Position numbers and translations under genes: made by a program. Of a DNA stretch of 56,626 bases, positions 10,104 through 20,412 are shown piece by piece. Positions within the stretch are counted from its first letter, which is position 1; each line of letters begins with the position of its first letter. The stretch spans positions 1 through 56,626 of the forward strand of contig VBEJ01000038.1 of assembly GCA_005882985.1 (NCBI GenBank). Direction: 5' to 3'. The notes under the pieces were generated by a model. The model was not told the DNA's origin, searched no databases, and saw only the letters and a program-made list of their open reading frames with translations. The stretch comes from Chloroflexota bacterium. GTDB taxonomy: Bacteria; Chloroflexota; Dehalococcoidia; SM23-28-2; RBG-16-64-32.

Positions 10104-10843
10104 GACTCGCCTCGGGTAACGAACAGCTCGCGGTCGAAGACCATGCCCGTATGCACGCCGCCTGAATCACTACAGAGAAAAGACACAAGCGGGACGAAGT
10201 CCTCGGGCCGGCCAACACGGCCCGACTTGAGAGCGGCTTCAATCTCCTCCTCGGACCGACCGAAACGCCAGAAGGCCGTATCGGTTGGGCCTGGTGCGAT
10301 CGCGTTGACGGTGATGCCGTAAGGGGCCACTTCCTGGGCGAGCGCGCGGGTAAGGTTCATGACCGCCGCCTTGGAAGCACCGTAGACAGCGCCGCCGGGA
10401 GAGCCGCGCAAGCCGCGCCCGGAGGCGTTGTTGATGATGCGTCCCCAGCGTTGCGGGACCATGTGGCGGAGGGCGGCGCGCGAGCAGAGGAAGGTGCCAC
10501 GAAGGTTAACGGCGATGATGCCGTCCCACTGCTCGTCGCTCATGTCTACGACGAGGTTGCGGGCGTACTTGCCGGCATTGTTGACCATGATGTCGAGGCG
10601 GCCAAGCTTTCCAACGGTCTGATCGACCATTGCGTCGACTCCGGCGGTCTGCGACACATCAGTGGTCAGCGCGATCGACTGGGCGCCGGTGCTCTTCAGC
10701 TCCGCCGCAACGTCCTCGGCCTTCGTACCGTCAATGTCCGCGATTGCTACTGCGCAACCCTCCGCAGCGAATCCACGAGCGATCGCGCGGCCGATGCCGC
10801 TTCCAGCGCCTGTTACGACCGCGACTTTTCCTTCTAGCTGCAT
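10100..10843 (-). CDS. SDR family NAD(P)-dependent oxidoreductase (FabG-like)
   Basis: TGAGSGIG, NNAG and YGASK catalytic motifs; stop overlaps the trpG ATG. Confidence 0.92.
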   Translation of the reverse strand: MQLEGKVAVVTGAGSGIGRAIARGFAAEGCAVAIADIDGTKAEDVAAELKSTGAQSIALTTDVSQTAGVDAMVDQTVGKLGRLDIMVNNAGKYARNLVVDMSDEQWDGIIAVNLRGTFLCSRAALRHMVPQRWGRIINNASGRGLRGSPGGAVYGASKAAVMNLTRALAQEVAPYGITVNAIAPGPTDTAFWRFGRSEEEIEAALKSGRVGRPEDFVPLVSFLCSDSGGVHTGMVFDRELFVTRGES

Positions 10844-10861
10844 AGGATCAGTTCGTCCCGC

Positions 10862-12369
<1,508 letters not shown>

Positions 12370-12373
<4 letters not shown>

Positions 12374-13410
12374 TTCAACACCTGGATCGCTTCTCGGTCA
12401 CGGAAGTACGTCAGCCCCATGGCGTCGCGTGCTTCGGATAGCGTCTGCAGGCACTCTTGACGCGCCCGCGCCGTACCCCGGCTCAGGATCTCCTCGACCA
12501 GCCCTTTCTCGGCCGCGAAACGAGCGCGCCGCTCTCGAATTGGTTCGAGGAATCGATTGAGACCGGCGATCAGCTTCTGCTTCACTTCGACGTCACCGAC
12601 CTTGCCCTTGTGGTAGCGCGCCTTGAGGTCCTCGACCTCGGCCTTATCATCGTTGAAGGCATCGTGATAGATGAAGACGGGATTGCCCTGAACGCGGCCG
12701 GGTATGTCAGCGCGGATACGTTTGGGGTCCGTGTACATCGACATCACTTTTCGCTTCACTGTCTCCGCATCGTCGCGCAGGAAGATAGCGTTCCCGAGTG
12801 ACTTGCCCATCTTCGCTTTACCGTCCGTGCCAGGCAGCGTCGGGACGTTGCCAACGAGCCCCTCCGGCGCCGGAAACACAGGCGCAAACGTATCGTTAAA
12901 GCGTCGAGCGATTTCACGCGTGAGCTCGATGTGCGAGAGCTGGTCCTTCCCTACGGGCACGAGGTTGCCCTTCACCATCAGGATATCGGCGGCTTGAAGG
13001 ACGGGGTATGAGAGGAGCGCCATCGAAGCGGTGTCGAGCTTGAGGTCACGCACCACTTCCTTCAGGGTCGGAATGCGCTGGGCTCTTGGCACGCTGACGA
13101 GGGACATAAAGATCCAGGCGAGCTCGAGGACCTCCGGGACGAGCGACTGCAAGTAGATCGTCGTCTTTTCGTGGTCGATGCCGACGCTCAGGTAGTCGAG
13201 CACGAGCTCGTGGATGTTGTGCCCAACTTCCTCGAGATCGCTTGTCCGGGTGGTGAGGAGGTGAAGGTCGGCGAGCAGCAGGAACGTCTCGTACTCGTCC
13301 TGCAGCCGGACCCGATTGGCGAGCGTGCCAACGTAGTTGCCGAGGTGGAAGGCATCGCTCGTCGGCCGGTCACCTGTGAGTATTCGTTTGCGTCTGTGGC
13401 TGTCTCTCAA
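12370..13410 (-). CDS. trpS: Tryptophanyl-tRNA synthetase
   Basis: TGDRPT, HLGN (HIGH-like), YPVLQAADI, VPVGKDQ, KMGKS; TTG start after a GGGGAG RBS. Confidence 0.96.
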
Positions 13411-13424
13411 CTGTCTCCCCAAAA

Positions 13425-13712
13425 TTGAAAAACCCCTGCGCCCAAGGGGCGAGGGGTTCTCGCGGTGCCACCCTAATTGTCGCTTGAAGCGACATCTTTT
13501 CCAGGCACGCTCCGATGAAAAGCGGCTTCTCGAAGGATGCCCTGGGCGTGTAACGGTGCCCTCCCCGGCCTCGCCTACTGATCCACCTTCGTGGGATGTT
13601 GGGCGGGCGGCTCACAGGCCCATTCACCTGCTGCGCCGACGCCGGGCTCTCACCCTCCTCCCGGCTCTCTTGGCCTACGCCTTGCAGGCTACTATTCCCG
13701 TTCTCAGCCGCT
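13425..13712 (-). promoter_or_regulatory. T-box riboswitch, Trp (UGG) specifier, transcriptional
   Basis: On the minus strand: AGTA, AGAGA and GGTGAGA stem I motifs; specifier GAA-TGG (TGG at 13622-13620); T-box AATTAGGGTGGCACCGCG (13478-13461); terminator AACCCCTCGCCC..GGGCGCAGGGGTTTTT. Confidence 0.93.
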
Positions 13713-13808
13713 GTCTGTTCGTTTGTGATGCGGAGTGTAACAGGCGATATGCGATCCGTCAATCACGGGAAACGTGCACGGCCCTTCGCCTTACCAAGAG
13801 CATTCTCG

Positions 13809-14405
13809 CTAGACGATTATCTCGGCTCGATCCGGCCGGGAGCGCTCTTCGGACATGATCTGCTGGATTTCGTTCGCGCATTCCTCCAGATCGTCGTTGA
13901 TTACGTGATAGTCGAACTGGGGTGCCGCCGCCATTTCTTGCGTTGCCGTCTCCTCCCGGACTTGGACCTGCTCCTGGGTGTCAGCGCCGCGCTCGCGGAC
14001 GCGCCTTCGCAGTTCGGGTTCGGAGGGTGGCGAGACGAAGATAGTGGTGGTGCCGGGGACCAGTCGCTTGATCGTGCGGGCCCCCTGGATGTCTGTGCGG
14101 AGAAGGACGTCCCGCCCGCTCGCAAGCGCCTCCCGGATCGGCCCGCGAGGGACGCCTTTGTCCTGACCGTAAACGACCGCGTGTTCCAGCAATTCACTAT
14201 CGCGGCGAAGCCGCTCGAACTCCGCTTTCGACACGAAATGGTAGTCGACGCCTTCTTGCTCGCCGGCGCGCGGCGGGCGTGTTGTGACGTTAGCGACGAC
14301 GTACGACGAAGGATCTTGGGCTTTAACTTGGGTCAGGAGGGAGTCCTTTCCCGCCCCCGAAGGCCCGGTCAAGACGACGAGCAAGGGATCGCGCGCGTTC
14401 GTCAC
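13809..14405 (-). CDS. gmk: Guanylate kinase
   Basis: GPSGAGK P-loop, TTRPPRAGEQEGVDYHF, DIQGA. Confidence 0.95.
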   Translation of the reverse strand: MTNARDPLLVVLTGPSGAGKDSLLTQVKAQDPSSYVVANVTTRPPRAGEQEGVDYHFVSKAEFERLRRDSELLEHAVVYGQDKGVPRGPIREALASGRDVLLRTDIQGARTIKRLVPGTTTIFVSPPSEPELRRRVRERGADTQEQVQVREETATQEMAAAPQFDYHVINDDLEECANEIQQIMSEERSRPDRAEIIV

Positions 14406-14680
14406 CTCGCCGATGGGCTGCGCTGGAAGTCTGCCAAGTCGACCAGAAGGCCCCGTGCTCTCAACTTTTTGGGCTGCGCAGAAACGAGCACGAGCTGGCC
14501 AGTATCCAGCGGGACAACAGCGGTCGTCCGCCGGCCGTTCGTCAGGTCAATCACCGCGCCGTTGGCCTTCTGCTCGCGGACAAGCTTTTGCACCTTCGCG
14601 GACTGAGGGGAGAGCACGCGATGCGTATGTTCCAGGGAGATAAAGCTACCAAAGCCAGCGTGCGCGAGTTTGATCGCCAT
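14402..14680 (-). CDS. RemA/DUF370 family DNA-binding regulator, divergent copy 2
   Basis: KLAHAGFGSF..LSPQSA..IDLTNGRRTTAV..QP matches the RemA pattern; sits in the usual position just before gmk. Confidence 0.8.
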   Translation of the reverse strand: MAIKLAHAGFGSFISLEHTHRVLSPQSAKVQKLVREQKANGAVIDLTNGRRTTAVVPLDTGQLVLVSAQPKKLRARGLLVDLADFQRSPSAR

Positions 14681-14982
14681 TACTCACCCTCTGCGAGGGA
14701 TTCGCGGGCAGTCCTTCCACTGACGCGACCGGCGACTGCCTCCGGGGTGATCGCCAGGAGCACGATGTGGCCGGACTGCGTAATCACAGCAGTTTTTGTC
14801 TTGCGCCCCGTCGTCATATCGACAATGTTGCCTCGTTTCTTCGCATCACGAACCAGCCGCTGGATGGGTGCGGTGCCTTTGCTCATATTGGCGAGTGCCA
14901 GAATCTTATCGACTGCGAGGAAATGACCGAAACCGACGTGCACTAGCTCGCTAGCGCCGTTGTGAGACTGCGCCACTACCAC
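14680..14982 (-). CDS. remA: RemA/DUF370 family DNA-binding regulator, copy 1
   Basis: LVHVGFGHF..APIQRLVRDAK..VDMTTGRKTK..SGHIVL.AITPE..AGR. Confidence 0.85.
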   Translation of the reverse strand: MVVAQSHNGASELVHVGFGHFLAVDKILALANMSKGTAPIQRLVRDAKKRGNIVDMTTGRKTKTAVITQSGHIVLLAITPEAVAGRVSGRTARESLAEGE

Positions 14983-15010
14983 TCCTCCTTCATCATCGTT
15001 CGCGGTGGTG

Positions 15011-16306
15011 TTATGCCAGGCAGAGTCGCTCTAAGTCCAGCCAAAAGCGCGGATATGATACCGAAACACTTTCCGCCTGGCGGACCACCGTTTCTCCTTG
15101 TGAGAGCGCTCCCGCCACGGCCAGCATCATAGCCAACCGATGGTCCCCATGTGAGGATACCACAGCACCACGTAGCTTTTGGGGGCCCCAGATGCGGAAA
15201 CCGTCCTGTCTTTCTTCCAGGTTCGCCCCCAGCGCCCGTAGACCTTCTACAGTCGTTCGAATACGATTCGATTCCTTGACGGCAAGCTCTGCTGCGTCCT
15301 TGATGATAGTCTCTCCCTGCGCCAAGCAACCCGCGAGGGCGAGAAGAGGTAGTTCATCAATCGAGCGTGCGATGAGATCGCCGTCAATGGTGATCCCGCG
15401 CAGCTGCGACGAACGGACGAAGATGTTCGCCACGGGTTCCGCTCCCCAGAACTCCCCACCTTCTAGACGGATGTCTGCTCCCATCAAGGTCAAACAGTCG
15501 AGGATGCCAGTGCGTGTCTGATTCACGCCAACGCCGGCAATTTGAATTTCGGCATCAGGGTGAGCGGACGCCAGCACCAACCACGGTGCCGCTGACGAGA
15601 TGTCACCGGGCACTCGCAGTGATATCGCCGTGAGTTCCCCAGCGAGCGGCCGAATTCGGACGGCGGGCCCTTCGCCGAACTGTAAGTCCGCGCCCATGTT
15701 GGCCAGCATCCGCTCAGTGTGGTCGCGAGTCGGCGCTGGCTCCTCGATGACCGTTTCACCGTCGGCGTAGAGGCCCGCGAGCAGTAGGGCGGACTTTACC
15801 TGCGCGGAAGCGGCGGGCATCCGATAGTGGATGCCGCGCAACGACCCTCCTCGTATGACGAGTGGAGCGAGGCGCCCGCCGTCGCGGCCGCTTATGTCGG
15901 CGCCCATCTGGGTTAACGGCTCAACGATTCTTGCCATCGGCCGCGCGTTGAGCGAGGCATCACCGGAGATCACCGATAGAAACGGTTGCGCCGAGAGGAG
16001 GCCCGCCAGCAGGCGTATGGTAGTGCCTGAGTTCCGGGCGTCGAGCACCGACGCGGGCTCGTGGAGACCCCGGCTGCCCAAGCCCTTGACGGCGAGTTCG
16101 GACTCGCCGCGCCACCGGAATGAACCGCCAAGCCGGCGCAGGCAACTGATTGTTGCCAGGCAATCGGCCCCGCGCTGGAAGTCTTCGATGATCGCTTCGC
16201 CCTGAGCGATAGCGTTTAGGATTACCGCTCGGTGTGAAATCGATTTATTGGCGGAGACGCCTAAGGTTCCGCGGAAAGCCTTCGCGGTCGTGACGGTCTG
16301 CTGCAT
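15011..16306 (-). CDS. aroA: 3-phosphoshikimate 1-carboxyvinyltransferase
   Basis: KSISHRA, NSGTT, SAQVKSA, RDHTERM, KESNR, DHRLAM. Confidence 0.96.
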   Translation of the reverse strand: MQQTVTTAKAFRGTLGVSANKSISHRAVILNAIAQGEAIIEDFQRGADCLATISCLRRLGGSFRWRGESELAVKGLGSRGLHEPASVLDARNSGTTIRLLAGLLSAQPFLSVISGDASLNARPMARIVEPLTQMGADISGRDGGRLAPLVIRGGSLRGIHYRMPAASAQVKSALLLAGLYADGETVIEEPAPTRDHTERMLANMGADLQFGEGPAVRIRPLAGELTAISLRVPGDISSAAPWLVLASAHPDAEIQIAGVGVNQTRTGILDCLTLMGADIRLEGGEFWGAEPVANIFVRSSQLRGITIDGDLIARSIDELPLLALAGCLAQGETIIKDAAELAVKESNRIRTTVEGLRALGANLEERQDGFRIWGPQKLRGAVVSSHGDHRLAMMLAVAGALSQGETVVRQAESVSVSYPRFWLDLERLCLA

Positions 16307-16311
16307 TGCGG

Positions 16312-17466
16312 TTAAGTCTCATTATCGGGCTTGTCTTCCGTCTCTATCTGCTTCTCGGCCCGCTTCTGCTCCAGCTTCTCCAGGTCCCGCCGCACGTCCT
16401 CAGCGATTCGCTCAGCGAGAGTCGGCCGGCGTTTGCCGTCCTTCTCCTCGGCTTCTTGCGTTTGGCGCATCAGCTCCGGCAGCTGCTTTGCTCGCTGAAT
16501 ATTCTTGGCCAGCGCTCCACCCACGAGCATGCTCAGGAGCGCCTGGCCGGAGTCCACCTTGGCTGTGGCCGTTTCCATCTGCCTGCGGGGAGGCTGGCGC
16601 TGAAAAGCCTCGCGCTCTATCTGGGCTTTAAGGAACGTCTCCAGGAGGACCTCATCTTGCGCGTCCTTGAGCATGTCCCGGTAGCGTCGAAGTTCCTCCG
16701 CCATCCGCTCCAACCAGTGGATCAAAGCATCGCGGTTGGTTGCCCAAATGCCGTGGCTCATCGCAGGGTCGCTCGCCGCCAGGCGCGTGACATCGCTGAA
16801 GCCGGACGAGGCCATCATTCCCATGTCGTTCCAGGCGGGACTCGAACGCAGCATCGAGAAGAGGGCAGTCGACATCATCAGTGGCAGGTGGCTTACGGCG
16901 CCGGCGTAGATGTCGTGCTCTTCAGGATCGACAAAAAGGGGCTCCGAGCCGGCAAGCCGTACGAGCCCAAGGACCGTCTTCACGGCTGTGTCGGAAGCAT
17001 CGACGGCGGGGCAGATGCAGTACGCCTTCCCTCGAAACAGCGAGGCCTCGGCAGACGCGATGCCGGCCGTTTCTTTGCCAGCCATAGGATGGCCGCCGAC
17101 GAAGTTAACGTATTCGGGCAACGCCTCCTTTGCCCAACGCATAACGTGGGCCTTGGTGCTCGTTGTGTCGGTGACGACCGTCCCCTCAGCGAGATCAGGA
17201 GCCATTTGCTGCATTACCTCGCGCACGCTAAGAACGGGAACGGCAATGATAACCATACCCGCTCCGGAGACAGCTCGGGGCAGGTTGTGCTCCGTGCGAT
17301 CGATCGCTCCGGACTTCTCGGCTTGCGTCGCGTTAGCCCGATCCCGATCGTGGCCTATGACCTCGAGGCCCGGTAGCCGGGCGCCCTTAAGCGCCATTCC
17401 CAGCGACCCGCCAATCAGGCCGGTGCCGATGATGGTGATGCGCTTCTTGCCGTTAGATCTGTCCAT
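16312..17466 (-). CDS. tyrA: Prephenate/arogenate dehydrogenase with a C-terminal extension
   Basis: IGTGLIGGS, GGHPMAG.E, EEHD..SHLP, GF.DVTRLA. Confidence 0.93.
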   Translation of the reverse strand: MDRSNGKKRITIIGTGLIGGSLGMALKGARLPGLEVIGHDRDRANATQAEKSGAIDRTEHNLPRAVSGAGMVIIAVPVLSVREVMQQMAPDLAEGTVVTDTTSTKAHVMRWAKEALPEYVNFVGGHPMAGKETAGIASAEASLFRGKAYCICPAVDASDTAVKTVLGLVRLAGSEPLFVDPEEHDIYAGAVSHLPLMMSTALFSMLRSSPAWNDMGMMASSGFSDVTRLAASDPAMSHGIWATNRDALIHWLERMAEELRRYRDMLKDAQDEVLLETFLKAQIEREAFQRQPPRRQMETATAKVDSGQALLSMLVGGALAKNIQRAKQLPELMRQTQEAEEKDGKRRPTLAERIAEDVRRDLEKLEQKRAEKQIETEDKPDNET

Positions 17467-17537
17467 CTCGCATTACGAGCTTATCAGGCTGTCTATGTGC
17501 TTACAATTTAAGACATGCGGTCTTCGCTAGCGTCCGA

Positions 17538-18062
17538 TCAGCAGGAATCGTCGGCCATACGGAGCAGGCGTTGACGCTCGTCGGGCATATCGATGTCTTC
17601 GTGTCCGCGGATGAGTTCCACGACGGCAATCGGGGCGCCGAGCGCCTCGGCTACCAGGGCGCCACGTTCGGCGTGCTGACTCAGCGCCGCCAGCCCGCTG
17701 CGCCCTCTCGCTAACCTGCGCAAGGCCCACGGCGCGCCGGTTTCCAGCAAAACATACGCGATCCGGTGCCATAGCCTCACCTTAACTCCCGCCAGTGGTG
17801 CTTTCCCGGAGTCGTGCAGAAGCGACGCGACCAGCAAATCGGGGTCTGTGTGGCCTTGGTCTTTGAGCGTCCAATATACGTCCAAACTGTGCCGCTGGTC
17901 CCGCTTGCTCATCGACTCAAAGAGGGGCGATAACTTGGGACCGAGCAGTTGCTCGGCATCTGATCGCTCGCTCCTGTCGATTCTCGGCTTGAGAGCGCCG
18001 ATCAGCTGCCGCGTTCGGTAGGCCGGTCGCTCAAACAAAGGGGTCGCCCGTTGTCCCGGCAA
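17538..18062 (-). CDS. HD-domain metal-dependent phosphohydrolase
   Basis: H...LLHDSGK...HAERG...H...ADD; start position uncertain. Confidence 0.8.
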   Translation of the reverse strand: MPGQRATPLFERPAYRTRQLIGALKPRIDRSERSDAEQLLGPKLSPLFESMSKRDQRHSLDVYWTLKDQGHTDPDLLVASLLHDSGKAPLAGVKVRLWHRIAYVLLETGAPWALRRLARGRSGLAALSQHAERGALVAEALGAPIAVVELIRGHEDIDMPDERQRLLRMADDSC

Positions 18063-18759
18063 ACAACCGTGCGAGCACCCTTATGACCGGCGACATAATC
18101 TCGAAGAGGAGAAACGTCCCCGTGAAGAACGGCAGGAGGAAGAGCGTTATCAGGATGATTGGACCATAGGGTTCGAGGCGTGCGAAGGAAAGAGACAGGT
18201 CGCGCGGCAAGAAACCCACCGCCACCTTGAACCCGTCCAGCGGTGCGATCGGAATGAGGTTGAAGACTCCGAGAATAAGACTGAAGAGGACTATCGCGCT
18301 CAGATAGACGCTAAGGTATTCGCCGGCCGTCCACCCATTGAGCGCAAGGATTTCTGCCCTGACCTTATCGAATGGGGACACCCATTCCACGAGGTCCAGT
18401 TTCATCGGCAGACCGGCGACCGCCGCAACAACGAAGTTTGAAAGCGGCCCGGCAGCGGCGGTGAAACCCAGCGCCGCCTTTGGGTTCCGCGTCGCGTTGG
18501 GGTTTACCGGCACGGGCCGGCCCCAGCCGAAGCCAACCATCAGCATAAGCAGCGTCCCGACGGGCTCCAGGTGTGCCAGAGGATTCAAGGTGAGACGCCC
18601 CATTCTTCTCGGCAGGCCATCGCCGAGCCGGTCAGCTACGAGAGCGTGCGAGAACTCGTGAAATGAGATGCCGAGGACCAACGCGGTGATGATTGCCCCG
18701 ACGAAAACGACTGCTGCGAAGAAGTTGATCGAGAGGAAGTCGAGGAAGATAAAGATCAT
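18031..18759 (-). CDS. Site-2 protease family (M50) intramembrane metalloprotease
   Basis: [39 protein letters not shown]; start at MIFIF. Confidence 0.92.
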   Translation of the reverse strand: MIFIFLDFLSINFFAAVVFVGAIITALVLGISFHEFSHALVADRLGDGLPRRMGRLTLNPLAHLEPVGTLLMLMVGFGWGRPVPVNPNATRNPKAALGFTAAAGPLSNFVVAAVAGLPMKLDLVEWVSPFDKVRAEILALNGWTAGEYLSVYLSAIVLFSLILGVFNLIPIAPLDGFKVAVGFLPRDLSLSFARLEPYGPIILITLFLLPFFTGTFLLFEIMSPVIRVLARLFAGTTGDPFV

Positions 18760-18810
18760 TCGCTCGTAAATGATAGCACGGGTCTCCCTCGCACCTTCCG
18801 CGCGCTGTCC

Positions 18811-18839
18811 TTTCGAGGGCGCCCTGCCTGACGTATAAT
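18811..18839 (+). promoter_or_regulatory. Putative sigma70 promoter
   Basis: TTTCGA-17 bp-TATAAT upstream of the GGAGGT RBS and ATG 18877. Confidence 0.55.
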
Positions 18840-18876
18840 CGGTTCGCGAATCTCTCGAATTACGGAGGTGCTCCCA

Positions 18877-20220
18877 ATGGTTCTTACAAGAATGCCTGTG
18901 ACCGAACCCGTCGTGTCTATCGAGCCGGCTCAGCGCGCGTGGAATTACCCCCTCTTCGACGCGATCTTCCAGCGCCGGGCCCGCCGTTTCCCCCTCGGCG
19001 CCGAAATGCCGGGAGACCTCGCTCCGTTCAAGTCTACGAAGGAGCCCGTGCCGCTGGACGAGATCGAGGAAGCGATGTTGGTGATGGCGGGCACGGGCAT
19101 CAGCGGCGTAAACCTCGCGGACCTGCCGTTCAACGACCAGGCAGGCAGCAACTGGTGCGGCAACACCATGCTCCAGTTCGTCGGCCGCGTGTACGCGAGC
19201 GCCTGCGGCTCGCACGGCACAGAGCTCTTCTATACGAACGATGAGGGCACCTACATGGTGAAGCTCCGCGAGAAGCACGCATCCGCGATGCAGGAGTTTG
19301 AGTCGCTCGACGATCGCGAAAAGATCGTCCAGGCCTTCCGCGCGAATACCGTGCAGATTGGTAACGGGCGGCTTCAGGTACCGATGATCGCCGGCATCAC
19401 TCAGCCCTTCAACTGGTGGAACGTCAACCAGCCCGGTAGCACGCTCTTCATGCCGATCAGCGACGTCACCTGGGAGTACATCAACGTGCTGATGCTCCTC
19501 ATGGACGAGCCAAACTCCTACTACGTCTACGACGACCTAAACGGCAACGCCGAGCCCCTAAAGGAATGGGCCGACAAAGGCTATCTTGATCGCTCGCGCG
19601 GTTATCCGCTCTCCGGCCTCGAGAGCTCGATGCAGATGATCATCCCGGGCACCGAGCAGGCAATCATGCTCCAGAACATGTACCTGGCGCTGCAGGCGAT
19701 GGGCCTCGGAGGTTGGATCTTTACGTCGTCCGTGAGCGCTTTCATCTTTCCGATGATGGGCTTCCGCTTTCACATCCCCTCAAAGTTCGGGCCAATCAAG
19801 ACGCTGAACCAGGAGGCGGGTCCGCGACCGGTGCCGGTAGGCCTCGACAGCCACTTCCAGGCTTACTGTCCGCCGTACTACCCGGACATGGACGCGGCTG
19901 TCCAGGCGATCTTCGATGCGAAGTGGGGTGGCAGCGGCGTCTATAAAGAGGAAGGCGGCCCCGTGGGGCTCAAGGACAGGCAGTCGCTTGACAAGCTGGT
20001 CCAGAAGACGCCTGGCTGGTGTCTGGACGCCACGAAAGCGCTTTGCTCTTACATCTGGGAGACGTATGGCCGCTTTCCTGCAACGATCGATCCGATGATG
20101 ATGAACATCTGGTTCCAGGCACACCACTTGGAGACCGAGTTCTACGATCGCTATTACCAGCCCGGCGCCTACCACGAAACGATCCGGCAGCACATGGGGG
20201 TCTGGCACGGAGCCCGATAG
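18877..20220 (+). CDS. Uncharacterised nitroreductase/SagB-like fold flavoprotein
   Basis: GGAGGT RBS; FDAIFQRRARRF, GRVYASACG and QNMYLALQAMGLGG resemble FMN-binding nitroreductase-superfamily motifs; strong coding bias. Confidence 0.6.
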   Translation: MVLTRMPVTEPVVSIEPAQRAWNYPLFDAIFQRRARRFPLGAEMPGDLAPFKSTKEPVPLDEIEEAMLVMAGTGISGVNLADLPFNDQAGSNWCGNTMLQFVGRVYASACGSHGTELFYTNDEGTYMVKLREKHASAMQEFESLDDREKIVQAFRANTVQIGNGRLQVPMIAGITQPFNWWNVNQPGSTLFMPISDVTWEYINVLMLLMDEPNSYYVYDDLNGNAEPLKEWADKGYLDRSRGYPLSGLESSMQMIIPGTEQAIMLQNMYLALQAMGLGGWIFTSSVSAFIFPMMGFRFHIPSKFGPIKTLNQEAGPRPVPVGLDSHFQAYCPPYYPDMDAAVQAIFDAKWGGSGVYKEEGGPVGLKDRQSLDKLVQKTPGWCLDATKALCSYIWETYGRFPATIDPMMMNIWFQAHHLETEFYDRYYQPGAYHETIRQHMGVWHGAR

Positions 20221-20330
20221 TTTTCCCGCGCGGCCGTAGCTCAGACCACAAGGAAAAATCGATGGCGCGATGCTAGCGGTGGTTAGCCCCGGTCCTGCCC
20301 TATGTTAGCCGGCGTCGCCGGGCGCGTATG

Positions 20331-20359
20331 TTGACGCACCGTCACTTCGGGACTACCTT
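20331..20359 (+). promoter_or_regulatory. Putative sigma70 promoter
   Basis: TTGACG-17 bp-TACCTT upstream of the Liv binding-protein gene. Confidence 0.6.
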
Positions 20360-20412
20360 AATTTCCGAACCGGTGCACGCAGGGCTTCGCTGGTAAGCGA
20401 AAGGAGACAGCC

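Noticed and set aside
13370-13762. 130-aa ORF as a trp leader peptide
   Set aside because: The region is fully explained by the T-box and has no tandem Trp codons.
16306-17376. 356-aa plus-strand ORF, and similar long antisense ORFs (13596..14606, 31387..32109, 48870..49721, 52415..53209)
   Set aside because: Shadow frames opposite well-supported genes, as expected at high GC; no recognisable motifs.
18760-19278. Long N-terminal extension of the site-2 protease ORF
   Set aside because: It is antisense to the 18877 gene; the protease most plausibly starts at ATG 18759.
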